A stretch of DNA of 63,562 nt, the filler included, from Stramenopiles sp. TOSAG23-2 (taxonomy: Eukaryota): NCBI GenBank assembly GCA_900128395.1. It is 13 parts of 13 records of this genome, joined end to end, with 100 filler letters (N's around TTAATTAATTAA, not from the genome) between each part and the next. Parts side by side here need not be neighbours in the genome. Positions count along the whole stretch, not along the records: positions 23,858 to 29,711 come from LT650575.1; positions 29,812 to 35,654 come from LT650576.1; positions 35,755 to 41,595 come from LT650577.1; 10 more parts are not named here. One strand, 5' to 3'. The notes under the pieces are model-generated. The model saw only the letters and a list, made by a program, of their open reading frames with translations. It ran no database searches and was not told where the DNA came from. Below are positions 27,401 to 38,234 of the stretch, one piece after another (within the stretch, counting starts at the first letter, position 1; each line of letters begins with the position of its first letter). The position numbers and the translations under genes are program-made.

Positions 27401-29711
27401 CCTCGATTCCTATCATGCCGCTACTTGCAGGGGGGAGTTCAAGTCGTTTACATGTAGAAGTGGATGAGGCAGGTGATCATACAACGTTGGATGAGATTAG
27501 TATAATTATTGCAGCAGAGGGTGCAAGTTCATGCGGTGGGACATCGTGCGTTGAGCCAACATTCCATTCTGCCACCACAATTGCCGACAATGCCATAACA
27601 ATTAATAGTGTAACAAGTGCTGGTGTGTATACAGTAAACGACAGTTCCTCGCTAGTAGTAAAAGATATTGTGACGATTTCTGGCTGTATTGATTTTGATA
27701 GTTTGGACAACAACGGCGATTTTAAAATTTCTGCAATTTCATCCAATGACGTAACGTTAGTGAATAAAAATACAGAAACAATTATTGCAACAGGCACGAA
27801 TATTACCGAATGTAAAATATCTAGGGCATTCTCCCGTAAAATTGATTGTTTATATGAAACTGCTGGAGCCAAATCTGCATGTATGGATGTTGTTCTTTCC
27901 GCTGGTAATCAAAAAAGCCCTCCGCGAACATTTTGTTACGGCAGTGAAGATGCTGGCGCAATAATAATTACAGAAAATGTTCCAGATGTCACAGAAGGCA
28001 CATCAACTCCCCCTTATAAATTAAAATTAAATGATGTTGCTAGAACAGAAAGTGTAGTTATAGAGATAACTGTTACAAATACAGTTCCTACTTTACCATG
28101 TACCGTTTCACCAACATCAGTTACTTTTGAAACAACTGATACAAACGATGTATCGATAACAATAACTACAACTGGCAACGATATTGATGAAGGCACAGAT
28201 GAAACTATAAATATATGCACGATAATACACACAATTTCAACCACAGATCCCGTTTACAGTTTAGTTTCACCTGAATCGATTGTTATAAATGTCAAAAATG
28301 ATGATAACGCCGATGTGAACATGTGGTACGATGAACAATATGTAGTAAAATTTTTAGCATTTTATGTTGATGAAGGTGCATATGTAACATATGATATCAA
28401 ATTAGATACAAAACCACGTGCTGATGCTGATGTTACAATTGATATCGGTATTGCTTTGAATCCTTTAGACACAGTGGAAGTTGATACTGATGTTGTTATA
28501 ATTGATAACATAAATGCAGGTGGGATATATACGGCATCTATTGGAACCGGTGCTATTGCAGAATATGCAGTAAATGATATTATCACTATTTCAAGCTGCT
28601 CGCAGACTAACAGTTTGAAAAACAACGGTTTATTTAAAATATCTGCTATTTCAGGAAATCTTATTACGTTAGTTAATAGAATCACAGATCTAGCAATAGA
28701 AACAGGAACTGATAGTACTGGATGCTTGATCTCACGGTCAAAAATGCACCCATCTCCACCACCAGCTTTAGTTGCGACTCCAAGTACAGTGACATTTACT
28801 GCCTCTAATTGGAATCAATCCCAAGAAATCACACTAACTTCTACAGCAGACAAGATTGCACGTTTATCAAATATTGCACGTTTTGAAACGTTACATACTA
28901 TTTCAACAACGGACACAGTCTTTAGAGATAAAGCAACTGTGCGGCCAATACTATGCGTAGTAGATGTTGGGGATGATGATACTACCGGTGTTATAAGGGT
29001 ACTTCCAGATGGAGAATTATCTTTAAAAGCAGGCGAAACTCCGAAAAGGGTGAATATATCCGGTCTAAACTCTCAACCTGTCTCTGATGTTAATATCTCA
29101 GTTATAATTCCACCTGATAAGGCTAACATCCTAAAAGTGGAACCAAAGGAAATCACAATGAGTAAAGACAAATGGGCTGGTGTTGAAAATATCTTCTACT
29201 TTAGTGCATTATCTGGTGCTATGCAAAATGAATATGTCACAGTGGAGTTGAGATGTTCAAGTGAAGATGTGAAGTATAACACGGCTGACATCAGTGTAAC
29301 ATTGAATCCCCAAATTATAACGGCTAATGATGCACCAGATACTAACATAACAGTCAAGCCGCCAACACTTTCAGCCCTGCAAATTGCAAAATTTTCATTT
29401 GCTACCTCAAGAACAAATGTTGAAAGGTTTATTTACCGATTGGGCAGGGATGAGGGTACAATTACATGCCTTGAGAAAACGGGCCAAATATATTGTCAAA
29501 CAGTAAATTTTCAAATTACAAAGTTAGACTTTGGCTCGCATCGAATGGAAGTCCAAGCGGCAACCAAAGATTCGATTGACTCCTCAGCTGCGTCATGGGA
29601 ATGGGAAATTGCACATTGCAATGATCCAAATCGTGAACCATCACAATATGCTAAAGTCGAAAATAACGGTGCCCTTGAATGCATTGACTGTCCCCATTTA
29701 AAAGGAGCTAA
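24469..29711 (+). CDS. Large secreted/surface protein: signal peptide, Pmp-like repeats, Cys-rich repeats, IPT/TIG and Ig/Calx-like domains; 3'-truncated
   Basis: Hydrophobic N-terminus (LLTLILLLTLIS..DA), FxxNxAxxGGA repeats, TQADCEAAS-type Cys repeats, a PQITT..GSTLGGTQIAIGGINF TIG start and a VTFTASNWNQSQEIT motif. Confidence 0.85.
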
Positions 29712-30171
29712 NNNNNNNNNNNNNNNNNNNNNNNNNNNNNNNNNNNNNNNNNNNNTTAATTAATTAANNNNNNNNNNNNNNNNNNNNNNNNNNNNNNNNN
29801 NNNNNNNNNNNAGCATGGACACACGCCTTTCAACATTTTACACTTGAAAATTGTGTTTTTCTGCCACATTTTCAGTTTTTCATTTCCTATCATATTTATA
29901 CTTAATGTAGTCCTTTTCATATACTAAGTAGATTTGTAGTGTTTGATATATTTGATAGGTCAGATTAGGTATTTTTTGTACTTGAGAGTGCTTGATGAAA
30001 TAAAAATTTTTTTGCATTTTTTGATAGGAAGACTTTACCGGTATTTTATTTATATACTGTAATTTAAAGTAATAAGTAAAGGCAATCCAGCAATACCACC
30101 AGCCTTATTAGCAGGTGGTACTGTAGTACCTGTGGTACGCCAAAAAAACTATAAAAAAAATAAAAAAGTGC

Positions 30172-30398
30172 AAAAAAAAAAACACAAAAAAAAAAAAAAA
30201 AAAAAAATAATGATTAAATTAAAATAGCAACGCACCAACACATCGAATTCGAAGGGCTTTTTTATAACAGCTAAAAAAAATAAAAAAAAAAAAAAAAAAG
30301 GAAAAAAAAAAAACACAAAAAAAAAAAAAAAAAAAAAATAATAATGATTAAATTAAAATAGCAACGCACCAACACATCGAATTCGAAGGGCTTTTTTT
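30172..30398. repeat. Duplicated poly-A / TAATGATTAAATTAAAATAGCAACGCACCAACACATCGAATTCGAAGGGC segment upstream of the LYR gene
   Basis: The same ~55-nt unique sequence occurs at ~30208 and ~30341, flanked by similar A-tracts. The copies differ by one AAT unit. Confidence 0.85.
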
Positions 30399-30478
30399 TA
30401 TGTGTTTGGACAAATTGGAGTAGAAAGAATAAAATCGTGATTTTTTATTTTGTTTCCATCCAACAAAAGTGCAGCGAC

Positions 30479-30700
30479 ATGGCAGAGGCACTAAAATTTT
30501 ATCGAAGAGGTTTACGTTTACTGAAACAGTTTCCTCGTGGAGATAAAGAATATTACCATAATTTTATGCGCTCGTCTTTCATTGGTCATTTAGATGAATC
30601 AGATCCTAAGCGAATAAAAGAAATATTGACGAGAGCAAACCAGGATATGCAATGGGTGTGTCAGAAATATAATGTAAAATACAAAGAGTGTGATAGTTGA
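30479..30700 (+). CDS. LYRM9: LYR-motif mitochondrial protein, LYRM9-like, 73 aa
   Basis: LKFYRRGLR (LYR-like), RSSF..H.DESDPKRIKEILTRA..D..W...KY matches the LYRM9 pattern. The ATG is at 30479. Confidence 0.8.
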   Translation: MAEALKFYRRGLRLLKQFPRGDKEYYHNFMRSSFIGHLDESDPKRIKEILTRANQDMQWVCQKYNVKYKECDS

Positions 30701-30824
30701 TATAGAATACATAGTTTTATATATATGTATAAATATACTATAATACTTCTCACACTATATATATATATTATATACATAGTATAATATAAAATTTTTTACA
30801 CATTTGACATGGAATATATTTTTA

Positions 30825-33131
30825 TTATTTCTTATTTGCAACTTTTAAATATTCCACCCAGCCCGATGAAGGTATACTTGGATCTTCAGTGGTTGAAGAT
30901 TTCATCAACATATATAGACCATTTTTATGTTGAACGATATCATTTTTTTGGTAATTGGACACTAACTTTGTGTTAAATCTTCCTTGCCAATTGAATGCAT
31001 CGGTTTTTTTTTTATTTCTATGTATTAATTTGACATTATTAGATACAGTCATTGATGATGGACGTTTTTTCTTTTTCCTTTTATTTTTAGAAAGCTCTTC
31101 ATCAACATTCGGTGGTTTTCCAATAATCCTTCTTTCATCTCCAGCTGTCCAAGGTCTTGGCCTATTACTATTATGATATGATGAAGAAGGTGAATTATAT
31201 TCCTTTCTACTTCGATTGCTACTTGCCGACAAAGTTCTGTTATATGACAAGTCTTTGCTTGTACCCTTACGATCATTATAGGACATTTTATATGTATTTC
31301 GTAGACGGCCTGCTGTTTTTGGTCTAGACGAAATCTCCTTTTGTACAAATCGTTCCATTGCAGATTGTGGTCGTAAGTTGTTTTTCTTAACCCGATTTTT
31401 TTTACTCAATTTGGTACTATTATTGTTATAATTTTTATTATCAAAATTTTGTTTAACTTTCGATGCATATTTTTCTATCATATCTCCTTTTAACGACTGT
31501 TTTTTTAAATCTTCTTGAAATTGGCAACGTGCGTTCATTGTTTTAATTTGATCCGCAAAAGTATCATTCTTCAAATAATTATAATCACTTGGACCAGGCG
31601 TGCCCTCCACATCTATCCCAGCACCCCATTTATTTAATAATTTTGACAATGACTCACGTTTGTCTTTGCCAAATGTACCAGGACGCTTCCTTAAATATTC
31701 ATGCTTAGTTTCCATTTCTTTTTCTATGTCCTTTCTCGTCACGACGCTTTTATTCATCATACCAGATGTTGACATGGATGTTGTCATGCTTTGCAATTTT
31801 ATTTTACTGGTTTTAGCATTGTTATTTTCTTCCCCTCGTGCACCAGTTATAACTTTTGCATAATATCCAGGACCTGGCATCCAATCGTGAAAACTTTGCT
31901 CTGTACCTTTTTCACCATCGAAACGAGTACTCGTACCAAAACCAGGGGAACAAAAACTTGGTTGGGAAACACTTTTATGCAACATGTATTCTCGACTATG
32001 TAATCGTACTTTAAATTTGTCAAATTTTGCCTGCCTTCGTTTTCGTTCACGTAAATTGCTATTTAAATGACTATCCTTATTTTCCTTATCACTCCTTGTA
32101 TTGTTATCTAATAACATTTCATTTATTGGATTGTTTTCTGCCCATAATTTTGCTTCGTATTTCATGGCTTCAATTGTACCAGCAACAGCAGATGTAGATG
32201 ATTTATCATTGCTTTTAGATTGATAAAGAGACTCAATGACTTGTTTTTTCTTCTTTTTTTTTTTACCAGATGAACTACTTCGACGCCGACTGCGATTTCC
32301 ACTGCTACCGCTACGTGATGGAAATTTACGAACAAAGCGTTTTGACGTACCAAATGTACTCCTTCTTTTCACATCAACATAACCTTTAGTATTTTTCTTC
32401 ATCTTATCTAATTCTCCCCTCATTTTCATCAATTCTAAAGTTCTTTCATCATTAATACGTATAGCGGTCTTCACTGCATTTCCAAAAGCACCTGTTGATG
32501 GGTCCGATGGCCCTAAATACGAACCAGGCTCTTTGATGACCGTAGATTTTTCTACAAATCGTTCTGCTTGAGCAGCAGATTGTGGACGTTTTTTAACTTT
32601 ATATTCTTTAAATTTTTCTCCTTTTCTCTTATAATCTTTCAGTAGTTGGTCATCAATATTACCTGCTATTCGACCTCGTTTAAAACGATCTTTTAATTTT
32701 TTAATTGAATATGTCTGGTCTTTAAAATTTTTAACTACTACGCTATGTTGCCTATCGGTAATATAAGTCTTATATGCTTTAAAGTCTTTGTACATGTGAT
32801 CATCAAATGTACCGCTTGGACCAGCTTTTGTCGCTACACTTACTAAACGCGGATTATATTGCATTGGACCAGGAGTCGACAAGCCTTTATGAGTAGCATT
32901 CGTTAAGTAACTCCACGGAGATTTATCATTTCTTGAGGACGCACCAAAAGTTGGCTTACGTGTATTCTTTGGATGTAAAAACGATGATTGCTTCCGTCTT
33001 GTTTCGATCGATTGTTTTTGTTTCAAAAATGTATTTTTACCTTCGTTTCTTTCCTCTGCAAATGCACCAGGGCCAGGCGTTAACATGGCCTTTTCCTCCA
33101 CATTTGAGAATCGTTTTGATGTTTTGTACAT
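30825..33131 (-). CDS. SHIPPO/ODF3-type PG-rich repeat protein (probably ciliary)
   Basis: Repeats TPGPGAF, TPGPMQY, PGPGYY and TPGPSDY, each with preceding TFG.S.R-like motifs. The first ATG is at 33131 and the frame is open to 33188, so an upstream exon is possible. Confidence 0.7.
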   Translation of the reverse strand: MYKTSKRFSNVEEKAMLTPGPGAFAEERNEGKNTFLKQKQSIETRRKQSSFLHPKNTRKPTFGASSRNDKSPWSYLTNATHKGLSTPGPMQYNPRLVSVATKAGPSGTFDDHMYKDFKAYKTYITDRQHSVVVKNFKDQTYSIKKLKDRFKRGRIAGNIDDQLLKDYKRKGEKFKEYKVKKRPQSAAQAERFVEKSTVIKEPGSYLGPSDPSTGAFGNAVKTAIRINDERTLELMKMRGELDKMKKNTKGYVDVKRRSTFGTSKRFVRKFPSRSGSSGNRSRRRSSSSGKKKKKKKQVIESLYQSKSNDKSSTSAVAGTIEAMKYEAKLWAENNPINEMLLDNNTRSDKENKDSHLNSNLRERKRRQAKFDKFKVRLHSREYMLHKSVSQPSFCSPGFGTSTRFDGEKGTEQSFHDWMPGPGYYAKVITGARGEENNNAKTSKIKLQSMTTSMSTSGMMNKSVVTRKDIEKEMETKHEYLRKRPGTFGKDKRESLSKLLNKWGAGIDVEGTPGPSDYNYLKNDTFADQIKTMNARCQFQEDLKKQSLKGDMIEKYASKVKQNFDNKNYNNNSTKLSKKNRVKKNNLRPQSAMERFVQKEISSRPKTAGRLRNTYKMSYNDRKGTSKDLSYNRTLSASSNRSRKEYNSPSSSYHNSNRPRPWTAGDERRIIGKPPNVDEELSKNKRKKKKRPSSMTVSNNVKLIHRNKKKTDAFNWQGRFNTKLVSNYQKNDIVQHKNGLYMLMKSSTTEDPSIPSSGWVEYLKVANKK

Positions 33132-33220
33132 ATATCTATATTGGTTGAGTGTTTCCAATCCACTCAACTGTAGTATTTTCAATTGATTTCAAATTATATT
33201 GATCCTCAATACCCTGAATG

Positions 33221-33381
33221 TAAAACTACTAGTCTTGGTTTCTAATTATTATACTGATAATTCTTTGTTTTTGCATCTGTTATTATTTATTGTATATAAT
33301 TATAAATAAAACTACTAGTTTTGGTTTCTAATTACTATACTGATAATTCTTTGTTTTTGCATCTGTTATTATTTATTGTAT
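33221..33381. repeat. ~75-nt direct repeat (86-nt period)
   Basis: TAAAACTACTAGT[C/T]TTGGTTTCTAATTA[T/C]TATACTGATAATTC... occurs at 33221 and 33307 with two substitutions. Confidence 0.9.
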
Positions 33382-33989
33382 GTGGATAATTACAATTATT
33401 GTTAAAAATACATATATCCATATATATAAGAGTATATACCCAGCATACCAGCATAGATAATGCCTATGTAGCTCCTCTAGCTATAATACGACGACTACAT
33501 GTATACACCACCATACTCTCACTATCGATAGCTAGCTGTTGCATATTTTTATTAACGTTGTGATACTCTCTAAATCTGAAATCAATGAAACATATCAGTG
33601 ATTTCAATAGGATATTATGTACTTACTACTATACATCATCGAGGATTTTTCGCGCATAATCATAGCATAACATCAACACATCAACAGCAACACTGACTTT
33701 CTGAAACACTTTAACTTATAGTAAGTACTGCTACTATACCAACAGGTATTGCTATTTATATTATTTATAATTTATAATATATTATAATACTTATTATTAT
33801 AAATAAATATATTATACATTATTTTTTTTTGTCGATATAACACCAACAATAGTGAATTGTTAAAGCAGCATTTCTCAAATTAATTATGTTTAAATAATGT
33901 CATAGAAGAACTCTGAACAGTGTATATACATACATAAATATATATATATACACACACATACACATATATATAAATAAAAGTAGATTATT

Positions 33990-35438
33990 ATGGTAAAAGA
34001 TAGGTTAGAAGAAAATAAACGATCTATAGCCTTTGCGAAGAAGTTACAGCGTTGGGCGGACGGTGTTGGATTAACTTTCATATCAAATATGTGCGAAGAC
34101 TATTTAGCACAGTTTACAGATGAGAAATATGAAGTATTAGAGGGAACTCCAATATACAAATTGTTCACTGGGAAAGAGCAAGAGGCAGTTTTTCTTGGAA
34201 AAATTATACATGTAAACCATCATAATAAAGGTGAACTAATGACGTTTCGTGGTTATAACGCATTTTGTTACATTGTGGAAGGTAAAATTGCAATGCGCTA
34301 CAATCCAAATTATGAGAACCGTTCACCAAAAGATCATCTATTAGGATACTTTGAAGAGGGTGATCACATAGTCATTAATCCAAAGAGTGGAAATTTTTGC
34401 GAATGTGGTGAAAATGGCACATTGGTTTTATGGGCCCCAATAGATGATATGAAGCGTTTTGCAAAACGTAATAGAAGAAAAAAAGCAGATGGTCGTTTAC
34501 CAGATGCAATGCATTCTTTGAGTCTAGTTGATATAGAAAACTGTTTAATGAAAGTGCCATTTTTTCGGAAAACCATTTTTGAAATAAATATTCCTGGAGT
34601 TGCTGCGATGTGTACGTTGGAGCTATATGCGAAAGATGATATAATTATACGTCAAGGTGATGATATTGATTCGTTTTATTTTTGTGTAAATGGTTTTTCG
34701 AAATTAGCTATTGAGGATGATACTAAAGAAAATAGTTATAAAGATAGAAAGCCATATGATGTCTTAAGTAATTGTGTTGAAGCTCCTCACGAATGCATGC
34801 CTTTGGATGACGAAGACATCCCAGAAGAAGAAGAGGACGATGAGTGGACATTCCGATATCAAAACAACACATTGTTTGGAGCAATGGAACGGGCAAAAGT
34901 AGATCTTCGTGGCGAAAAAAAGTTACCAGCACTTTACTCATATAATACTCGTACAAATCGTATACCATCACGCATTATATCAAATTATTTAGACGGCAAA
35001 AACTTTTCAAAGGGACCAAGGGGAGGAGGGCATAATGGCAGAAAATATGTATTCCCAAAGCATTTGCAAGAATTAATACCTGGAGAAGATGATAGAGTGT
35101 TGGAAAATTTTAAAAAAGGTAATTACGAAGGTAGTTGGTTGAAACAAGGGTATAAAAAGCGAGTTGTTACAAAAGCAACCAAACTTACAAATGCTATGAT
35201 TGGACCAGGATCACATTTTTATTCCATAGAAATGATTGGCACAACTGTTAAAAAAAGCAGGTTTTCATTGATGGCATTAGATTGGCAAGTGTATATACGT
35301 TTAAAAAAGAGCAAAATTGATAAATTTTTGAAATTGCCATTTACTCGAGATGTCAATTATCGATATTTTAAAAATTTGCGTGTAAATGAAAATAGAATGG
35401 AAGAAGCATGGCAAAAACGGCAACGGAAAAATATATAA
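33990..35438 (+). CDS. Cyclic-nucleotide-binding (CNB) domain protein, divergent, 482 aa
   Basis: LMKVPFF...YAKDDIIIRQGDDIDSFYFCVNG is a typical CNB start. A more degenerate first copy (KGELM..G...FCYIVEGKI...EGD) precedes it. Confidence 0.65.
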   Translation: MVKDRLEENKRSIAFAKKLQRWADGVGLTFISNMCEDYLAQFTDEKYEVLEGTPIYKLFTGKEQEAVFLGKIIHVNHHNKGELMTFRGYNAFCYIVEGKIAMRYNPNYENRSPKDHLLGYFEEGDHIVINPKSGNFCECGENGTLVLWAPIDDMKRFAKRNRRKKADGRLPDAMHSLSLVDIENCLMKVPFFRKTIFEINIPGVAAMCTLELYAKDDIIIRQGDDIDSFYFCVNGFSKLAIEDDTKENSYKDRKPYDVLSNCVEAPHECMPLDDEDIPEEEEDDEWTFRYQNNTLFGAMERAKVDLRGEKKLPALYSYNTRTNRIPSRIISNYLDGKNFSKGPRGGGHNGRKYVFPKHLQELIPGEDDRVLENFKKGNYEGSWLKQGYKKRVVTKATKLTNAMIGPGSHFYSIEMIGTTVKKSRFSLMALDWQVYIRLKKSKIDKFLKLPFTRDVNYRYFKNLRVNENRMEEAWQKRQRKNI

Positions 35439-35756
35439 AATAGAGAATTACATTTTTTTTATTTAAATATTTTAAATATTAAAATATATCTCATAATAAT
35501 ATTATTAAATATTTTAAATTAATTAAAATAAAAAAATAAAAAATATTTTAAATAAAATATATAAAATATTGTGATAAATATTACGTATATAATTATATAA
35601 TTTACGCATAATTTATTGTTTTAATTTACTCATGATAATTCCTACTCTTCAAAANNNNNNNNNNNNNNNNNNNNNNNNNNNNNNNNNNNNNNNNNNNNTT
35701 AATTAATTAANNNNNNNNNNNNNNNNNNNNNNNNNNNNNNNNNNNNNNNNNNNNAT

Positions 35757-36233
35757 GGATCAAGTATATTAGATTTATTACGAAGTAGCTCTAGTAGTAG
35801 TAGTAGCAAGAAGGACATTATTGATGGTTCTGATGAAGGTTTTACTAGTAATGATGATGGTTTTACTACTACTACTACTACGACTACATCTTGGCGTCAA
35901 TGGATAGATTTAGAACATGATATATGTTACAATATAACAAATCATTGGAATGCATTGACGGATGGTAAAATGAAATATATATATCGTGCATATTTTGGTG
36001 ATGAACAATTATTTAATTTAACAAATGATCAATATGAAATGAATGATTTATCTAAAGATAATAAATATATTGATGTTTTAGAGATGTGGAGGAAACGATT
36101 AGTGCAGCAATTTGTAAATGAACAACGTGGTGTATCATGGGTCAATGATGAAGGTAAATTAATGAAACGTGTTCAAGGGATGTTGTATAGTCGGTATTAT
36201 CCTGCCGAGGAAAATCCTGCCGATCCTGCCTGA
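35757..36233 (+). CDS. Sulfatase family protein, C-terminal fragment (5'-truncated)
   Basis: The frame is open from the contig edge: WRQWIDLEH..CY...NHWNALTDGKMKYIY...GDEQLFNLTNDQYEMNDL...WRKRL, the arylsulfatase C-terminal pattern (LF[DN]LxxDPxExxDL-like). Confidence 0.75.
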   Translation, partial: GSSILDLLRSSSSSSSSKKDIIDGSDEGFTSNDDGFTTTTTTTTSWRQWIDLEHDICYNITNHWNALTDGKMKYIYRAYFGDEQLFNLTNDQYEMNDLSKDNKYIDVLEMWRKRLVQQFVNEQRGVSWVNDEGKLMKRVQGMLYSRYYPAEENPADPA

Positions 36234-36560
36234 AGTAGGTTGGTGGAACGAAGTAGAGAGGATCTGAGTGTATTTTTTTTTATATATATGCATATAATAC
36301 GAAGCTCGTAAATGATGGTTAAAATCTACGAGTCGTTCGTACGAAAGTTTTATACGAAGTCGTCGTAATAATTTTACACTTCTCGTGCTAAGTAATATGC
36401 TCAATACTCAATATTGCAAGAATAATATTCTATCCTACGTACGTACTACGAACGTACGAATATACGAAATTCGTATTAGTAAAGCTCTTAATGCACCTCT
36501 GCAAACTAATACGCATAAAATTAATAAAATAATATTATATTTTTTATTTTTTTTGAAAGA

Positions 36561-37926
36561 TCACTGTAATCCATAACGAAATCGACTTGCTTTAACACCT
36601 TTTATATTATTATCATCATCATCATTATCAAAATCCAATACAAACAATTTACCAGCATCTGGTTGTTCTTTCATCCATTTGTCCATTCCAACATCTAAAC
36701 GTAAACCACAATTAGCAGTTGTTACATATAATTGTTTCAAATTTTTTCCACCAAATGCACAACTTGTTACACGTTGTGATGGTATATTATATTTTTGTAT
36801 GATATTACCTTTTATTGGATCCAAACGTATCACACACCATCCATCCCACATAGCAATCCATAACATATCTTGATCATCAATAGTCATACCATCTGGATAT
36901 CCCATAAATTTTAATGTTGTTGTTGTTGTTGTAGATGATGATTGTTGTAGTTGTTGTTGATCATTGCCACCATCATCATTGCCATTGTCATCATTATTAC
37001 TAGGAAATGTATATACAATTCTACGATTTGATATTGTACCATTTGTACCATCAAAATCAAATGCATCAACATTCATAGTTGGTGTATCGAATCTTGATCA
37101 TCAATAGTCATACCATCTGGATATCCCATAAATTTTACTGTTGTTGGTGTTGTAGATGATGATTGTTGTTGTTGTTGATCATTGCCATCATCATCATTAT
37201 TACTAGGAAATGTATATACAATTCTACGATTTGATATTGTACCATTTGTACCATCAAAATCAAATGCATCAACATTCATAGTTGGTGTATCGATATAATA
37301 CATTGTTTTACCATCTTTAGTCCATACAATACCATTACTGACAGTTATGTTACTTAGATGTTTTTTACAAATGATATTATTATTGTTGTCATTGTTATCA
37401 TCACCTTCTATAAATTCAAAGGAATAAAGTCCACCAACTGGTCCATTGCAATTGATATCCATGGTGCCAGCCCATAATCTCCCTTGTGGATCACATTTAC
37501 CGTCGTTCCATCTATTATTTATTAAATGTCCTTCTGGATTACCATTTTTAAAACCATGAATGATACGTTTAGTCGCAATATCAACAATACATATACCTTT
37601 TGCAACAGCAGCAACAAGTTGATTTGATGTATATGGTACGACGGTACCAATGGTTTGTCGTAAATCAATATGAATATTTTCATTGGTATGTTGATCATCA
37701 TATATAAAGATTTTACCCCTTGTTATATCAATCCATAATAATTTATTAGTGATTGGACAATATACAGCACCTTCACCAAGGGAACGTGGATCATTCACGG
37801 CTATTATTATATTGGTGTTGTTGGAAAGAAGATATTAGTGATTGGACAATATACAGCACCTTCACCAAGGGAACGTGGATCATTCACAGCTATTATTATA
37901 TTGGTGTTGTTGGAAAGAAGATTCAT
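36561..37926 (-). CDS. RGN: SMP-30/gluconolactonase/regucalcin family protein, broken by two tandem duplications
   Basis: Motifs LGEGAVY, LLWIDI, RWNDGKCDPQGRLWAGTM, SNGIVW, GYPDGMTID, VTSCAFGG and LYVTTA. Removing the 89-nt and 203-nt extra copies gives one frame from ATG 37926. Confidence 0.9.
36867..37293. repeat. Tandem duplication (36867-37090, 224 nt; 37091-37293, 203 nt) differing in microsatellite lengths
   Basis: Identical flanks enclose differing CAA/GAT/ACA repeat counts. Confidence 0.92.
37745..37922. repeat. 89-nt tandem duplication with one substitution
   Basis: ATTAGTGATTGGACAATATACAGCACC...GGAAAGAAGAT occurs at 37745 and 37834. Confidence 0.92.
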
Positions 37927-38234
37927 TGTGTGTGTGTGTGGATGTGGATGTCTGTATATATATATATATATATATATGTATTGTTTGTATATAATATACT
38001 TAATATGTATTTTTTATTTTTGTTTATTTTTACTTATTAATAAAATTAAACATTTACATTATTGGATGGATTGCGATTGCCAGATTGGAAGAATATAATA
38101 ATATTTATTCAAAATTAATATTGTATGAAAGTATTTAATCGAATGTGGAATGTGAGAGGAGAGTACAAAAGTGTGTGCGAATAAAGGATATAATAAATAT
38201 ATAAATAAGAGAATTATTTTTATATGTTTTACTT

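Noticed and set aside
36561-37926. Regucalcin (and likewise the formin and the 17898-19235 gene) as pseudogenes or programmed frameshifts
   Set aside because: Each frame break coincides exactly with a tandem duplication whose removal restores the ORF.
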